Source: Fibrobacterales bacterium
GTDB taxonomy: Bacteria; Fibrobacterota; Fibrobacteria; Fibrobacterales; JAOPTW01
Reading direction: 5' to 3'
DNA: 64,000 nt
NCBI GenBank assembly: GCA_051532035.1
Contig: JAOPTW010000013.1
Coordinates: 320,001 to 384,000, forward strand
Positions 19,703 to 30,042 of the stretch are shown in pieces; within the stretch, counting starts at the first letter, position 1, and each line of letters begins with the position of its first letter. The position numbers and the translations under genes are program-made. The notes below the pieces were generated by a model that had not been told where the DNA came from, searched no databases, and was given only the letters and a program-made list of their open reading frames with translations.

Positions 19703-21232
19703 ATGACACTATTTAAACAATTACAATTAACACTCATAACTGGCTTAATGCTTGGAACAACAGCATTTGGCGGGTATCAACTCTCTGAACTACCAACACC
19801 AGACATCAGAAACCCTAAATACTCACATGCGCTCGAAAATGGAGTCGTTTACTGGGGGGGAGAGCCATCAGAAGAGGTATCTTGGTCGGATATTTTTAAG
19901 TCAACTCAAAATGAATATACCAATATCAGCAACACTCCTGATACTTGGGAGCACTATAAAGCGATAGATGGTGAGACCTATGTCTATCAACAAGATCGTA
20001 CGGTCTTTTACTTTAATGGGACAGAAGACATCACCATACTCACTGACATCGGTTTCTCTATGGGTCCTATGGATCTTGATAATGGTCAATTTGTTTTTAC
20101 CAGCTATGATGGTGACGATTCAGAAATCATGCTCTATGACGGCTCCAATCTTATTCAGATTACGGATAATGATCGTGATGATACTAGCCCAAAAATCAGT
20201 AATGGTGAGATTGTTTGGGTCTCTTATGACTACCCTACCCCAGGGTCATTTATCCACCATTATTCAAATGGCGTAACCACAACTATTTCTGACATTGGCA
20301 CCAATGATAAACCTGATATTGAGAATGGTACTATCGTATGGCAAGGACCAGGAATTGAGGATGAAACAGATATTTTCCGCTATAAAGATGGCATCACCAA
20401 AAATCTGAGTGTCAGTGGGTACCACGATCAAGAGCCTCAGATCTCTGAAGGCCAAGTTGCATGGAAAAGCCGCTACTACCACTTTACTGCTGAAAAGGTA
20501 AATATAGAACATTTCGAAATCATGTTCTATGATGGGCAAACAACCACATCTATTACTAGTCAGGATCTGAACTATGATGATTTTGACTTAAACAATGGCG
20601 AAATTGCGATCTCTGCATACTCTAAAGAAGATTACATCGGGTCTATTCATCACTGGGATGGCATAGCTCTTCACACAATTTCAAATAATGATGACGGCAC
20701 ATCACGCCGCAGTCCAATGGTTGAGAATGGTTTGATTGTTTGGGACGAGTGGAGTTCAGAGAACGGTTCAAGAATTATGACTGCACGTAAAACTGATTTT
20801 AACCCTGAAGCGACCTATGCGCTTATATCACGCAGCAGTGGAAGAGCACTTGAAGTAGATACACAAAGCGCCCAATGGAACGGTGGCTATATACAAATTT
20901 GGGATTACTATGGTGGCGACAATCAACTCTGGAACATAATCCCAACTGAAGCAGGATATAAACTGATCAATAACCGTTCGGGTAAAGCACTTGATGTTGC
21001 AGGACTCGCTACTTATAATGGTGGTACTATCCATCAGTGGGATTACGTTGGTGGCCAAAATCAGCAGTGGAACTTCACGCACCAAGGTGATGGCTCATAC
21101 AGTATCGTAAACCTCCTCAGCGGCAAAGCGGTGGACGTTAAAGACAACGGTACATGGAATGGAAACGCTATCCAACAATGGGATTTCCACGGTAACGATA
21201 ATCAAAAATGGGATATAATTATTGTAGAATAG
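19703..21232 (+). CDS. Secreted protein with TolB-like beta-propeller repeats and a C-terminal ricin B (CBM13-like) lectin
   Basis: Signal peptide; repeated PxIxxGxIVW units; three SG(R/K)A(L/V)(E/D)V...QW...NQxW repeats. Confidence 0.85.
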   Translation: MTLFKQLQLTLITGLMLGTTAFGGYQLSELPTPDIRNPKYSHALENGVVYWGGEPSEEVSWSDIFKSTQNEYTNISNTPDTWEHYKAIDGETYVYQQDRTVFYFNGTEDITILTDIGFSMGPMDLDNGQFVFTSYDGDDSEIMLYDGSNLIQITDNDRDDTSPKISNGEIVWVSYDYPTPGSFIHHYSNGVTTTISDIGTNDKPDIENGTIVWQGPGIEDETDIFRYKDGITKNLSVSGYHDQEPQISEGQVAWKSRYYHFTAEKVNIEHFEIMFYDGQTTTSITSQDLNYDDFDLNNGEIAISAYSKEDYIGSIHHWDGIALHTISNNDDGTSRRSPMVENGLIVWDEWSSENGSRIMTARKTDFNPEATYALISRSSGRALEVDTQSAQWNGGYIQIWDYYGGDNQLWNIIPTEAGYKLINNRSGKALDVAGLATYNGGTIHQWDYVGGQNQQWNFTHQGDGSYSIVNLLSGKAVDVKDNGTWNGNAIQQWDFHGNDNQKWDIIIVE

Positions 21233-21253
21233 TTATGCTCATTTATTGAAATT

Positions 21254-21285
21254 ATAAAGGCCACCTAATCATAGGTGGCCTTTAT
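21254..21285. terminator. Bidirectional intrinsic terminator
   Basis: Perfect 14-bp stem ATAAAGGCCACCTA / TAGGTGGCCTTTAT between convergent genes. Confidence 0.8.
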
Positions 21286-21343
21286 GTTTTCCGTGATTTA
21301 AACTCGAAAAGATGGTTTTGTTATATTCCCATTACTTAAGAGT

Positions 21344-22303
21344 CTATTTCCATTTAGTTATGCGCCATTCTTTCTGTTCATCTTCAGAAAGGAATGACCA
21401 TGCTACAATGCGACTCGATTTATTACCCGTGCCCATGGGAATTGTTTTGACCTGAACCGCGCCAGCTCTATCGAGCAACTTATAAAAACCTTTCAGGTTA
21501 GATTGTTTTGATACTAAGGTCGTAAACCAGTAACAGTTTGTAGAGAATTTTTCACTTTCGCCAATCATATTCTTAACGAATTTATATTCTCCACCCGCAT
21601 AGATAAGTTCACTACTGATTCCAGAAAAGTTACGTTCAGGCATCACTTCTTTTCTGCCCGACAAATTATGGACTTTTCTTCGTGTTCCTTTTTGAGCTTC
21701 TTCGATAGAAGAATGAAAAGGAGGGTTACAGACCACCATATCAATTGAATCAAATTTACTGATAATGCCATGAAAAAAGTTTCGTGCATTGTCTTGTAAT
21801 CTGCATTGGATGCTGTCTTTTATTGATGGATTCGACTTCACAATGTTTTGAGCAGATGCAACTGACCTTGGATCAGTATCAGATCCGATAAATTTCCAGT
21901 TATATTCCGTAACTCCAATAATTGGATAAATACAACTTGCTCCTACACCAATATCAAGACAGGTAATTGATTTACCTGTTGGAACTGTACCCGCATTTTT
22001 TTCGCCTAATAAATCAGCAACATGATGAATGTAATCGGCTCTGCCTGGTATTGGCGGACATAAGTTCTCATCAGGGAATTCCCAGTTCTTAATTCCATAA
22101 TAGTATTTAAGTAACCCTTGGTTTAACAACTTTACCGCAGCAGGGTTTGCAAAATCGACTGATTTTACCCCAAATTTGTTTGGTATTATATACTGTGCTA
22201 ATTCAGGCACAGAAGTAATTAATGCGTTTAAGTCGTAGTTTTCTCGGTTTTTATTTCGAGAATGGAGTCTTGCTTTTTCTTGTTGTTTTTTTTCTAAAGC
22301 CAT
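21344..22303 (-). CDS. rlmF: 23S rRNA (adenine1618-N6)-methyltransferase
   Basis: LCPPIPGRADY, LDIGVGASCIYP, CNPPFH, K.SRIVAWSF motifs. Start placed at MALEKK; the ORF track extends to 22366. Confidence 0.92.
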   Translation of the reverse strand: MALEKKQQEKARLHSRNKNRENYDLNALITSVPELAQYIIPNKFGVKSVDFANPAAVKLLNQGLLKYYYGIKNWEFPDENLCPPIPGRADYIHHVADLLGEKNAGTVPTGKSITCLDIGVGASCIYPIIGVTEYNWKFIGSDTDPRSVASAQNIVKSNPSIKDSIQCRLQDNARNFFHGIISKFDSIDMVVCNPPFHSSIEEAQKGTRRKVHNLSGRKEVMPERNFSGISSELIYAGGEYKFVKNMIGESEKFSTNCYWFTTLVSKQSNLKGFYKLLDRAGAVQVKTIPMGTGNKSSRIVAWSFLSEDEQKEWRITKWK

Positions 22304-22469
22304 AATGTACCGTAATTTCATATGTAGAATAGTTACACTTCTACCACTCAATGCTTCACTATGCATAACGCTATTATATAGGCAGAACTTTTTTCAAAGG
22401 TAAAAAATTATAGTCCAAATAGCCTCATAAATACCCATTTTGACTAGAGAGCCACCGGTGATTCTTCAA

Positions 22470-22814
22470 TTATAGCTCATTATACTTCTTGTTGGACCCT
22501 TTTGCCTTTTCAACAGGGTACTTTTTGCTGTTTTTCTCCATTTTTCGCTTAACAGCCTCATTGAGGTCAATCCCTAAATCATTGCTTATATACGCGAGAT
22601 AGACGAATATATCAGCCAGTTCATCGCTAATGGCTTCAGCCTTATTTTCTATGGTTTCTGACAATTCTTGTTTATTCTTCCACAAAAAGAGTTCTTGTAA
22701 CTCAGCGACTTCAATCCCCAAGCCCAGACATTGATCTTTAATCGTGTGGAATTGTTCCCAATCACGGTCATTTCTGAACTTTAATATTGCATCCATTGTC
22801 TCTTGTTTGATCAT
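22470..22814 (-). CDS. MazG-like nucleotide pyrophosphohydrolase (dCTPase-type)
   Basis: FRNDRDWEQFH, EVAELQELF, DELAD, KYPVEKAKG motifs. Confidence 0.9.
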   Translation of the reverse strand: MIKQETMDAILKFRNDRDWEQFHTIKDQCLGLGIEVAELQELFLWKNKQELSETIENKAEAISDELADIFVYLAYISNDLGIDLNEAVKRKMEKNSKKYPVEKAKGSNKKYNEL

Positions 22815-23031
22815 ATTGTCTTTTCACCCAACATTCAGTTTCAGCAAAGGTAAAATATTTTTATTAAATCCTGCTTGTATTTCAGGATATTAGCTTTAGC
22901 GCCTACAACCACACTCATAAAGTGTAACAAACTGTATTATTTTCCAAAAGAGCTCCATCGGGGAGCTACACTTGCTACATAGTTTATTGCATAAAATCTA
23001 TAATGCGTACTACAACTTTCGGAGAGCGAGC

Positions 23032-24768
23032 ATGAGTAAAAAACGGGTAAGTATCAGCAGTGTTTTTAAAACCATTATCTGGCCCAGAAGAAAGCTTCTT
23101 TTTGTGGGGCTCATTCTCATTATAATCAGCCGGCTGGCTGGCCTCGTACTCCCCGGAGCTACAAAATACCTTATGGATGAAGTGGTCATGCAGAAAGACT
23201 TTGAAAAGCTCGTCACCATTATAACCTGGGTAGGTACTGCGATCATAATCCAGTCTATCACCTCTTTTTTGCTCACTCGGTTACTGAGCGTGGAAGCCCA
23301 GCGGCTTATAGCCCAACTTCGTGTGAAGGTTCAGCAAAAAGTACTCAGTCTCCCCATTCATTTTTTTGACAACAGTAAGTCGGGTGAACTCGTCTCTCGC
23401 ATCATGACAGATGTAGAAGGAGTACGCAACCTCGTTGGCACCGGCCTCGTCCAATTGGTCGGTGGTACATTAACCTCAGTTATATCACTGGGTCTCCTCA
23501 TAAGTATCAGCCCTACCATGACTGCCTACATATTGATTCCTATAGCTATCTTTGGCTTTATCGCTATGAAAGCATTTGCATTTATCCGCCCCATCTTTCG
23601 GGAGCGAGGCAAAATTAATGCAGAGGTAACTGGGCGACTTACCGAAACATTGAACGGCATCAGAGTCATAAAAGGCTTTAATGCAGAAGCCCACGAAATA
23701 CTCACCTTCGAGAAAGGGGTCTTTGCCCTCTACAATAACATCAAACAGAGTCTGACCTCCACGGCGATAGTAACCAGCTCCTCTGCCCTGCTCCTCGGTA
23801 CTGCATCTGCCGGAATCATGGGTATCGGCGGATATATGATGATGCATAATGAACTGACCGTTGGAGACTTTCTTGCCTTTACCATTTATTTGGGTTTTCT
23901 CATAGCCCCCATTGTGCAAATGAGTAATATTGGAAGTCAACTCACTGAAGGCTTTGCCGGTCTTGATCGCACCGAAGAACTCATGAATTTTGAATCTGAG
24001 CATGACGCGGAGCACCGGACTATTGCCCTTGAAAAGTTTGAAGGGGATGTGCTATTCGATGATGTCTCCTTTCACTATCACGAAGAAAAAACCGTTCTCA
24101 ATAATGTCTCACTTGAAGCACCTGCTGGGTCTGTTACAGCCCTTGTTGGTTCTTCCGGATCAGGCAAGAGCACTATTGCTGGGCTCGTTTCATCATTTCT
24201 TAATCCCGAGACCGGAACCATAACCATAGACGGAGTCGATCTTTCAAAAGTCACGCTTGAAAGTTATCGGAAGCACCTTGGGGTCGTCTTGCAGGATGAT
24301 TTTCTGTTTGAAGGTACCATTCGAGAGAATATCTGTTTCCCACGACCCGACGCTACTGAAGTAGAGGTTCTTGCCGCAGTAAAGGCGGGCTATGTTAACG
24401 AATTTACCGACCGCTTTGAAAAAGGCTTAGAGACCATAATTGGTGAACGTGGAGTAAAGCTTTCTGGAGGTCAGCGTCAAAGGATAGCTATAGCCCGGGC
24501 GCTCTTGGCAGACCCTAAAATACTGATACTTGATGAAGCCACCTCGAACCTCGATACTGAAAGTGAATCAATGATTCAGAAAAGTTTGACTGAATTGATG
24601 AAAGGGAGAACAACTTTTGTTATTGCTCACCGGCTGAGTACCATCCGTAAAGCCGATCAGATTCTGGTTATTGAGCGTGGATCAGTTGCCGAGCGCGGTA
24701 CCCATGATGAGCTTATCGCTCTGGAAGGTCGATATCATGAATTGTTTACCTATCAGGCACGTATTTAG
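23032..24768 (+). CDS. ABC exporter, fused permease/ATP-binding (MsbA/MdlB-like)
   Basis: N-terminal multi-TM domain; Walker A GSSGSGKS, LSGGQ signature, Walker B ILDEAT, IAHRLST. GGAG SD before ATG 23032. Confidence 0.95.
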   Translation: MSKKRVSISSVFKTIIWPRRKLLFVGLILIIISRLAGLVLPGATKYLMDEVVMQKDFEKLVTIITWVGTAIIIQSITSFLLTRLLSVEAQRLIAQLRVKVQQKVLSLPIHFFDNSKSGELVSRIMTDVEGVRNLVGTGLVQLVGGTLTSVISLGLLISISPTMTAYILIPIAIFGFIAMKAFAFIRPIFRERGKINAEVTGRLTETLNGIRVIKGFNAEAHEILTFEKGVFALYNNIKQSLTSTAIVTSSSALLLGTASAGIMGIGGYMMMHNELTVGDFLAFTIYLGFLIAPIVQMSNIGSQLTEGFAGLDRTEELMNFESEHDAEHRTIALEKFEGDVLFDDVSFHYHEEKTVLNNVSLEAPAGSVTALVGSSGSGKSTIAGLVSSFLNPETGTITIDGVDLSKVTLESYRKHLGVVLQDDFLFEGTIRENICFPRPDATEVEVLAAVKAGYVNEFTDRFEKGLETIIGERGVKLSGGQRQRIAIARALLADPKILILDEATSNLDTESESMIQKSLTELMKGRTTFVIAHRLSTIRKADQILVIERGSVAERGTHDELIALEGRYHELFTYQARI

Positions 24769-24784
24769 CTCTTCCTCTCAAAAT

Positions 24785-24810
24785 ACAGGTTACCCACCTA
24801 AGTAACCTGT
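24785..24810 (+). terminator. Hairpin after the ABC transporter gene
   Basis: 9-bp stem ACAGGTTAC / GTAACCTGT. Confidence 0.45.
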
Positions 24811-24844
24811 CACATTTATCAATCAAAATGCTACCATTGCCCTC

Positions 24845-27094
24845 ATGAAGAGAGAAATTGAATTATTGGCACCAGGTGGAGACCTGGACTCTATTAAAGC
24901 TGCAATTGTAGCTGGTGCAAATGCTGTATATTGTGGGCTGAGCTCATTTAACGCACGAAACCGCGCAACAAACCTCTCTTTTGATGAGTTACAAGGTGTT
25001 TTGCACTTAGCTCATTCTCACAATTGTGAAGTATTTCTCACCCTCAATATTATTATCCTCCAAAGTGAAATTTCTGCTCTAGTCACTCTATTGAACCGGT
25101 TGGTTAATACAAGTATCGACGGGATTATCGTGCAAGATATTGGCCTATTTTATCTCCTGTCTCGTCATTTTAGATCCCTAAAGGTACATGCGTCAACCCA
25201 AGTGACCACCCATAATGCTGGTCAGATAGCCTTTATGGCGGGGCTCAATGCCACTCGAGTAAATCTTTCACGAGAACTCAGCATAGATGAAATTGCTCAC
25301 CTGAACGGTGTCGCTCATGAACATGGCTTACTAACCGAGGTGTTTGTCCATGGGTCCAATTGTATTTCATTTTCGGGCCTCTGTACTATGAGTTCCCTCC
25401 ATGGTGGGCAATCGGGAAATCGAGGCCGCTGTAGTCAACCCTGCAGAGATGCCTATACTACCACTGCGAAAGGAAACAGTTATCCCCTCAACATAAAAGA
25501 TACCTCTGCCTTTTTTGACCTCAAAGCGTTGGCCAATGCTGGCGTGGATTCCTTTAAGATTGAGGGGAGAATAAAAAAGTTTGAGTATGTGTATACTGTT
25601 GTAGATACTTGGCGTCGAGAACTCCAGAGGTTCTACGGTAATCAAAGCTTGAATAACGACAACAGTGGACTCTACAAAGTGTTTAATCGTGACTTTACCA
25701 ATGATCTTCTGTCGGGTAGCATCACGAGTGATATGTTTATTGATAACCCACGCGATAACTCATTGATACATCTCGCTGAAACTAAAAATTTTACAACGGC
25801 AGAAGCGCAAGAGAATGGCGTACGCGCATTTTATAATGAGAAAGAGATGCGCACGAAGGCAATTGAGCAACAGATCACTCCCCTGAGTACAAAACGAGCT
25901 CCGGTATCGCTCACTGTTTCAGGAGAAGCAGGAGAACTACTCAAGGTATCCATTAGCACAGGTCAGCACTCTTTTACAATAGAGTCGTCGAGTGTACTCG
26001 TCGAAACCGCACAACAACCTTTGAGCAAAAAGATACTACTCACGCGCTTTAAGTCGATTGCCGAGACAGAGTACTCTCTAAAAGAGCTGGATATTTCAGG
26101 ACTTAAGCCCAACCTGTTTCTCCCCTTTCGCGAGATTACGGTATTAAAGAATGAGCTTCTGTATCTTCTCAATGATAACAGAGAAACAGTCGATCCTGTT
26201 GTTCTTCCAAAAATTGAGCATACAGCTCAGCAGAAGAAGAGTGCCCCTCCTCAGCTATCAATACTCATTGATTCAGAGAAGGATATTCCACTCCATGAAG
26301 CATCAGACATCAGAGTCTATTTTCAATTACCAAACTCCTTAAATATCCATTGTGACGAGTATGTTAACCTCTTTAAGCAGAATGATTTTCTCATTCCCTG
26401 GTTCCCCTCAGTATTGATTGCAGAAGAGTATTCTCAGGCGATTAAGCTATTAGAACGCCTAAATCCAAGGGTAATAGTAACGAATAATACGGGTATTGGC
26501 CATGAAGCGTATCGACTTGGAATCCCATGGATTGCGGGACCTGATATTCATTGTGTGAACTCCTATAGCTTACAATGCTTAAAGGAACAGTTCAATTGTG
26601 TGGGGGCATTTGTCTCTAATGAACTGAACAACAGACAAATCAGTACTCTTGCAAAGCCCGATGATTTTGATCTCTACTTCAGCATTTATCACCCTATTAA
26701 ACTCATGACGAGTAGGCTGTGCCTTTTTCACCCAGTGACTGGTTGTGATAAACATGTAATAGATGGTACCTGTATTTCGGGCTGTACCAAGCGGTCCGAA
26801 ATCACTAACCTCAAAGAAATCTCCTTTGTACTTGAGAAGTCTAAAGGGAATTATCATACAGTGTATAGCGCCCATAACTATTTGAATACTGATATTGTAA
26901 CTGAGCTTCCTGATAGGTTTTCAGGTTTTATGATTGATCTTCGCCATAAGAAGACACAGACAACCGTGTCGGTGACACAAACAGACCTCGTTAAAGCTTT
27001 TACGAAGGCCCTTGCAGGCGACGCTGCGACCATCACGGATCTGTATCGGATCATTAGGCCTACAACGAATATTCAGTACAGTAAGGGTATTTAG
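24845..27094 (+). CDS. Peptidase U32 family protein, long RlhA-like form (probable Fe-S RNA hydroxylase)
   Basis: ELLAPGG, HASTQ, LSREL, EVFVHG.C..SG.C, NRGRCSQPCR, KIEGR; long C-terminal extension. Confidence 0.88.
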   Translation: MKREIELLAPGGDLDSIKAAIVAGANAVYCGLSSFNARNRATNLSFDELQGVLHLAHSHNCEVFLTLNIIILQSEISALVTLLNRLVNTSIDGIIVQDIGLFYLLSRHFRSLKVHASTQVTTHNAGQIAFMAGLNATRVNLSRELSIDEIAHLNGVAHEHGLLTEVFVHGSNCISFSGLCTMSSLHGGQSGNRGRCSQPCRDAYTTTAKGNSYPLNIKDTSAFFDLKALANAGVDSFKIEGRIKKFEYVYTVVDTWRRELQRFYGNQSLNNDNSGLYKVFNRDFTNDLLSGSITSDMFIDNPRDNSLIHLAETKNFTTAEAQENGVRAFYNEKEMRTKAIEQQITPLSTKRAPVSLTVSGEAGELLKVSISTGQHSFTIESSSVLVETAQQPLSKKILLTRFKSIAETEYSLKELDISGLKPNLFLPFREITVLKNELLYLLNDNRETVDPVVLPKIEHTAQQKKSAPPQLSILIDSEKDIPLHEASDIRVYFQLPNSLNIHCDEYVNLFKQNDFLIPWFPSVLIAEEYSQAIKLLERLNPRVIVTNNTGIGHEAYRLGIPWIAGPDIHCVNSYSLQCLKEQFNCVGAFVSNELNNRQISTLAKPDDFDLYFSIYHPIKLMTSRLCLFHPVTGCDKHVIDGTCISGCTKRSEITNLKEISFVLEKSKGNYHTVYSAHNYLNTDIVTELPDRFSGFMIDLRHKKTQTTVSVTQTDLVKAFTKALAGDAATITDLYRIIRPTTNIQYSKGI

Positions 27095-28293
27095 TTCACT
27101 TCGATCTCTGTATTTATCTTATTAAATGATATCTCTTCCATATCATCCATCCAGCCCGCATTTTCATCAAACTGCATAATCATCATACGGCTTGCCATAT
27201 CGGGTTGTTCAGGTCGAGAATGAATTTGCTTGAGAATGAGCTTGTCTTCCATTCTTCCACAAATTTCAATTTTACCACTGTCATGGCCCATAATAAATTT
27301 AAACCGCTTGGCATAGCCATCCAATGTTTGACGTGCGGTGTCTACCATATCAACTCCTACCATGAGCGGCACTTGGAAATGATGACGTACACGCGTGACA
27401 GGCATACATTGATAGAGATAGTACGGATTTACCCCTATTTTGGTGAGGCCATTCATAAGGTTTTCTATTGCTTCAACGCTATCATTCACCCCTTTAAGGA
27501 GCACAGCCTGATTATTAACCGTTATGCCCGCTTCTCTGATTTTGAGTACTGCGGCAGTTGCTGCTTCGGTGATTTCATTAGCATGATTGAAGTGGGTTGG
27601 AATATAGAGCGTTTTCTTTTTATTAAATTCTTTAAGGTAGTCCATCAGTTCTTCATCAAAAAATCTCATAGGATACACAACAGGTGTTCGAGTACCAATG
27701 CGTACAAAATTAACATGCTCAATATCGATGAGGCAATCAAGCATCTTCTTTAATCGCTTGGTACCGATGAGCATTGGGTCTCCACCCGAAATAACGACAT
27801 TTGTTATTTCGGTATGCTCCCGTATGTACTCAGCAGCCCTCTGAAAATTCTCTACAGTCTTGTCATTAGGCAGTCCAACAATTGCCTTTCTAAAGCAGTG
27901 TCGACAATACATAGAGCAGTAGTCAGTTGCCACTATTAGAGCCGAATACGGGTATTTATGTAAAATACCATTACCCTTATTATGTTTGTCATCACCATAA
28001 GGGTCTTTAGTGGTTTCACCCATACTCCCCATAGTCGTGAGCTCATCAACACTCGGAACTGCAAGTTTTTTAATGGGGTCATTTGCATCGGATCTATCAA
28101 TAAGATTGAGATAATAGCGCGGGATATTCATGGGGTGCTTTTCGGCCACCTCCCTTAATTCGCTTTCTACCTCATCTGATAAGTCTATATAGCGTTTCAA
28201 TTCATCAATAGTTGTAATATTGTTCTTTAGTTCTTTCTGCCAATCAAGCTCGAACCAATTTAAAGTATTGAGTTGCTCTTCTGTATCACTGAT
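27091..28293 (-). CDS. KamA-family radical SAM protein (lysine 2,3-aminomutase-like)
   Basis: HKYP, CSMYCRHCFR (CxxxCxxC), ISGGDP, RIGTR, THFNH, NQAVLLKGVND, PYYLYQC. The frame stays open upstream of TTG 28200 with DWQKELKNNIT. Start is uncertain; ATC 28293 proposed. Confidence 0.88.
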   Translation of the reverse strand: MSDTEEQLNTLNWFELDWQKELKNNITTIDELKRYIDLSDEVESELREVAEKHPMNIPRYYLNLIDRSDANDPIKKLAVPSVDELTTMGSMGETTKDPYGDDKHNKGNGILHKYPYSALIVATDYCSMYCRHCFRKAIVGLPNDKTVENFQRAAEYIREHTEITNVVISGGDPMLIGTKRLKKMLDCLIDIEHVNFVRIGTRTPVVYPMRFFDEELMDYLKEFNKKKTLYIPTHFNHANEITEAATAAVLKIREAGITVNNQAVLLKGVNDSVEAIENLMNGLTKIGVNPYYLYQCMPVTRVRHHFQVPLMVGVDMVDTARQTLDGYAKRFKFIMGHDSGKIEICGRMEDKLILKQIHSRPEQPDMASRMMIMQFDENAGWMDDMEEISFNKINTEIEVN

Positions 28294-28442
28294 CCTGCTA
28301 CCTCGAGTAATTCCAAAAACATTTAGAATAGTATTCTATAGCATAAACCTAATATAATTTTGTTTAGACATGTAAATATTTAACGTGAACATAAATTGAA
28401 TGCATCATTATTTTTGCCTATTTTGATTACCCCTCAATAAAA

Positions 28443-29813
28443 TTACCACATTACCGGCATTACAACAGAGTTCCCCTGGTGGACAACTCGGATAATAACC
28501 AGTTGTATACTCAACACATCGGTATCGATTGCAAAACCAGTCACTCCAACAGGACGTATTGGAATTTGCGCACCAGTCACACTATAGGCCCGCATAGAGT
28601 CTACGGGTTTACTGGTTATTATGGAGATATGGTGCGGCCCTATATTCTGTACAGTAATGCCTAAGGGAGTATCGTCATACTGAAGAGAAGCTACCTGGTG
28701 AGACATTTTAGTAGTACTTGATGACTCGGGTTCAGAACTACTCTCATCCTGTACCGAAGAGATAGCCTCTATATCCGATGACACTGCTTCACTTGAAGAT
28801 GATACACTCACTACAGAAGAACTTAAAAGCTCCTTTTCCCTTTGCTTCTCTCTTAACTGATACTCTCTACACCCCTCCGATTCATACGGCAATGGAATAA
28901 GTTGTTCTTTCAGTGCGGTTATAGTCTCCAACCAGTTTTTGTCAGGGTTTGACTGTGATAACCCTATCAGCCCTTCACTAATTCGAGCATTAAGATTATT
29001 AATATCATCCCAGTCGTAATTATGACCCTGATCAGCCCCATCAACTCCGTATCCTGCATCGGCAATAATCTGTTTCTGTGTTAACCCAAACACATCTTGG
29101 TACGTGGTATGATTGTTCACAAATATTTTTGAAGAAGCACCATTTGAACTTCCTCCTGATGTATTCATGTAATCAATAAGGGGAAATTGATGAGTGAATG
29201 AAGAGAGCCATGGCTGTTGATCTATCCATGGCGAGACATCCATTGAAATAAGAGCATTGGGCATGTGTGTCATTATCTGTTCAATAATATCCTGGAGTAA
29301 TGAAGCCATTTCTGGGTAACTGATCCCTCCCCCTTCCTGTTCATCTGTGGTGTACTGATGAAAGTCAGGCTCCAGAAGCCAGATAAGGGTTCTCTCTGTG
29401 CCATATACTTTTGCCGTTTCTTTGGCAAAATCCCCATACCGAGTCACGATTACATCTCGGTTTTCTCTAATGTACCCCGCTCCCTTTTTACACAAATTAT
29501 TGTCACTGACATTACAATCATCAATCTTGAGTTCTTTTTTGGCCATAAAGGCAATGAGATACGAAAAGTAGGCCGGTGTAAAAATTTCCTTTTCATCATA
29601 CTGGAGTACATATTCAAGGAGCTCACGCTCAACACTTCCGAAATTATCCCACCCAATCCAAGTATATACAAAGTTTATATTGGTGTAGTCAGAGTCAGTC
29701 CCATGCCAGTAACGGCCAAAATTAAATGCACAGGGATTAAAGTCTGCAAGAGTCACCTGGACAGAAAGGAGGAAACCTAAACATACATACAAATACTTGT
29801 TAACTCTCATCAC
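28443..29813 (-). CDS. Secreted putative carbohydrate-active/binding protein with Ser-rich linker and C-terminal sorting-type module
   Basis: Signal peptide; globular domain with WLLEPDF and SMDVSPW; poly-Ser linker; terminal domain with AYSVTG. Confidence 0.65.
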   Translation of the reverse strand: MMRVNKYLYVCLGFLLSVQVTLADFNPCAFNFGRYWHGTDSDYTNINFVYTWIGWDNFGSVERELLEYVLQYDEKEIFTPAYFSYLIAFMAKKELKIDDCNVSDNNLCKKGAGYIRENRDVIVTRYGDFAKETAKVYGTERTLIWLLEPDFHQYTTDEQEGGGISYPEMASLLQDIIEQIMTHMPNALISMDVSPWIDQQPWLSSFTHQFPLIDYMNTSGGSSNGASSKIFVNNHTTYQDVFGLTQKQIIADAGYGVDGADQGHNYDWDDINNLNARISEGLIGLSQSNPDKNWLETITALKEQLIPLPYESEGCREYQLREKQREKELLSSSVVSVSSSSEAVSSDIEAISSVQDESSSEPESSSTTKMSHQVASLQYDDTPLGITVQNIGPHHISIITSKPVDSMRAYSVTGAQIPIRPVGVTGFAIDTDVLSIQLVIIRVVHQGNSVVMPVMW

Positions 29814-30042
29814 ATTTTCTCCGCTTTTTTAGTCTACATCTTAGGGGGTTCGTGCCAAATATACCCAATAGAATCCTAACATAAAAGTGATAGCGTGAAA
29901 TTACAAAGTTGTATTTGCTTATTTTACCTGAATTTACATAGCCCTGTATACCAGATGGATTTGCGGCACTTGAAGTGAATCCATTGATTTTCTAGTACCA
30001 ATCTAATTACATAATCACTTGTTCCATAAATGGCCCAATCCT

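Noticed and set aside
29838..29858. Sigma-54 promoter (TTGGCACG on the minus strand)
   Set aside because: The -12 TTGC element is absent at the required spacing.
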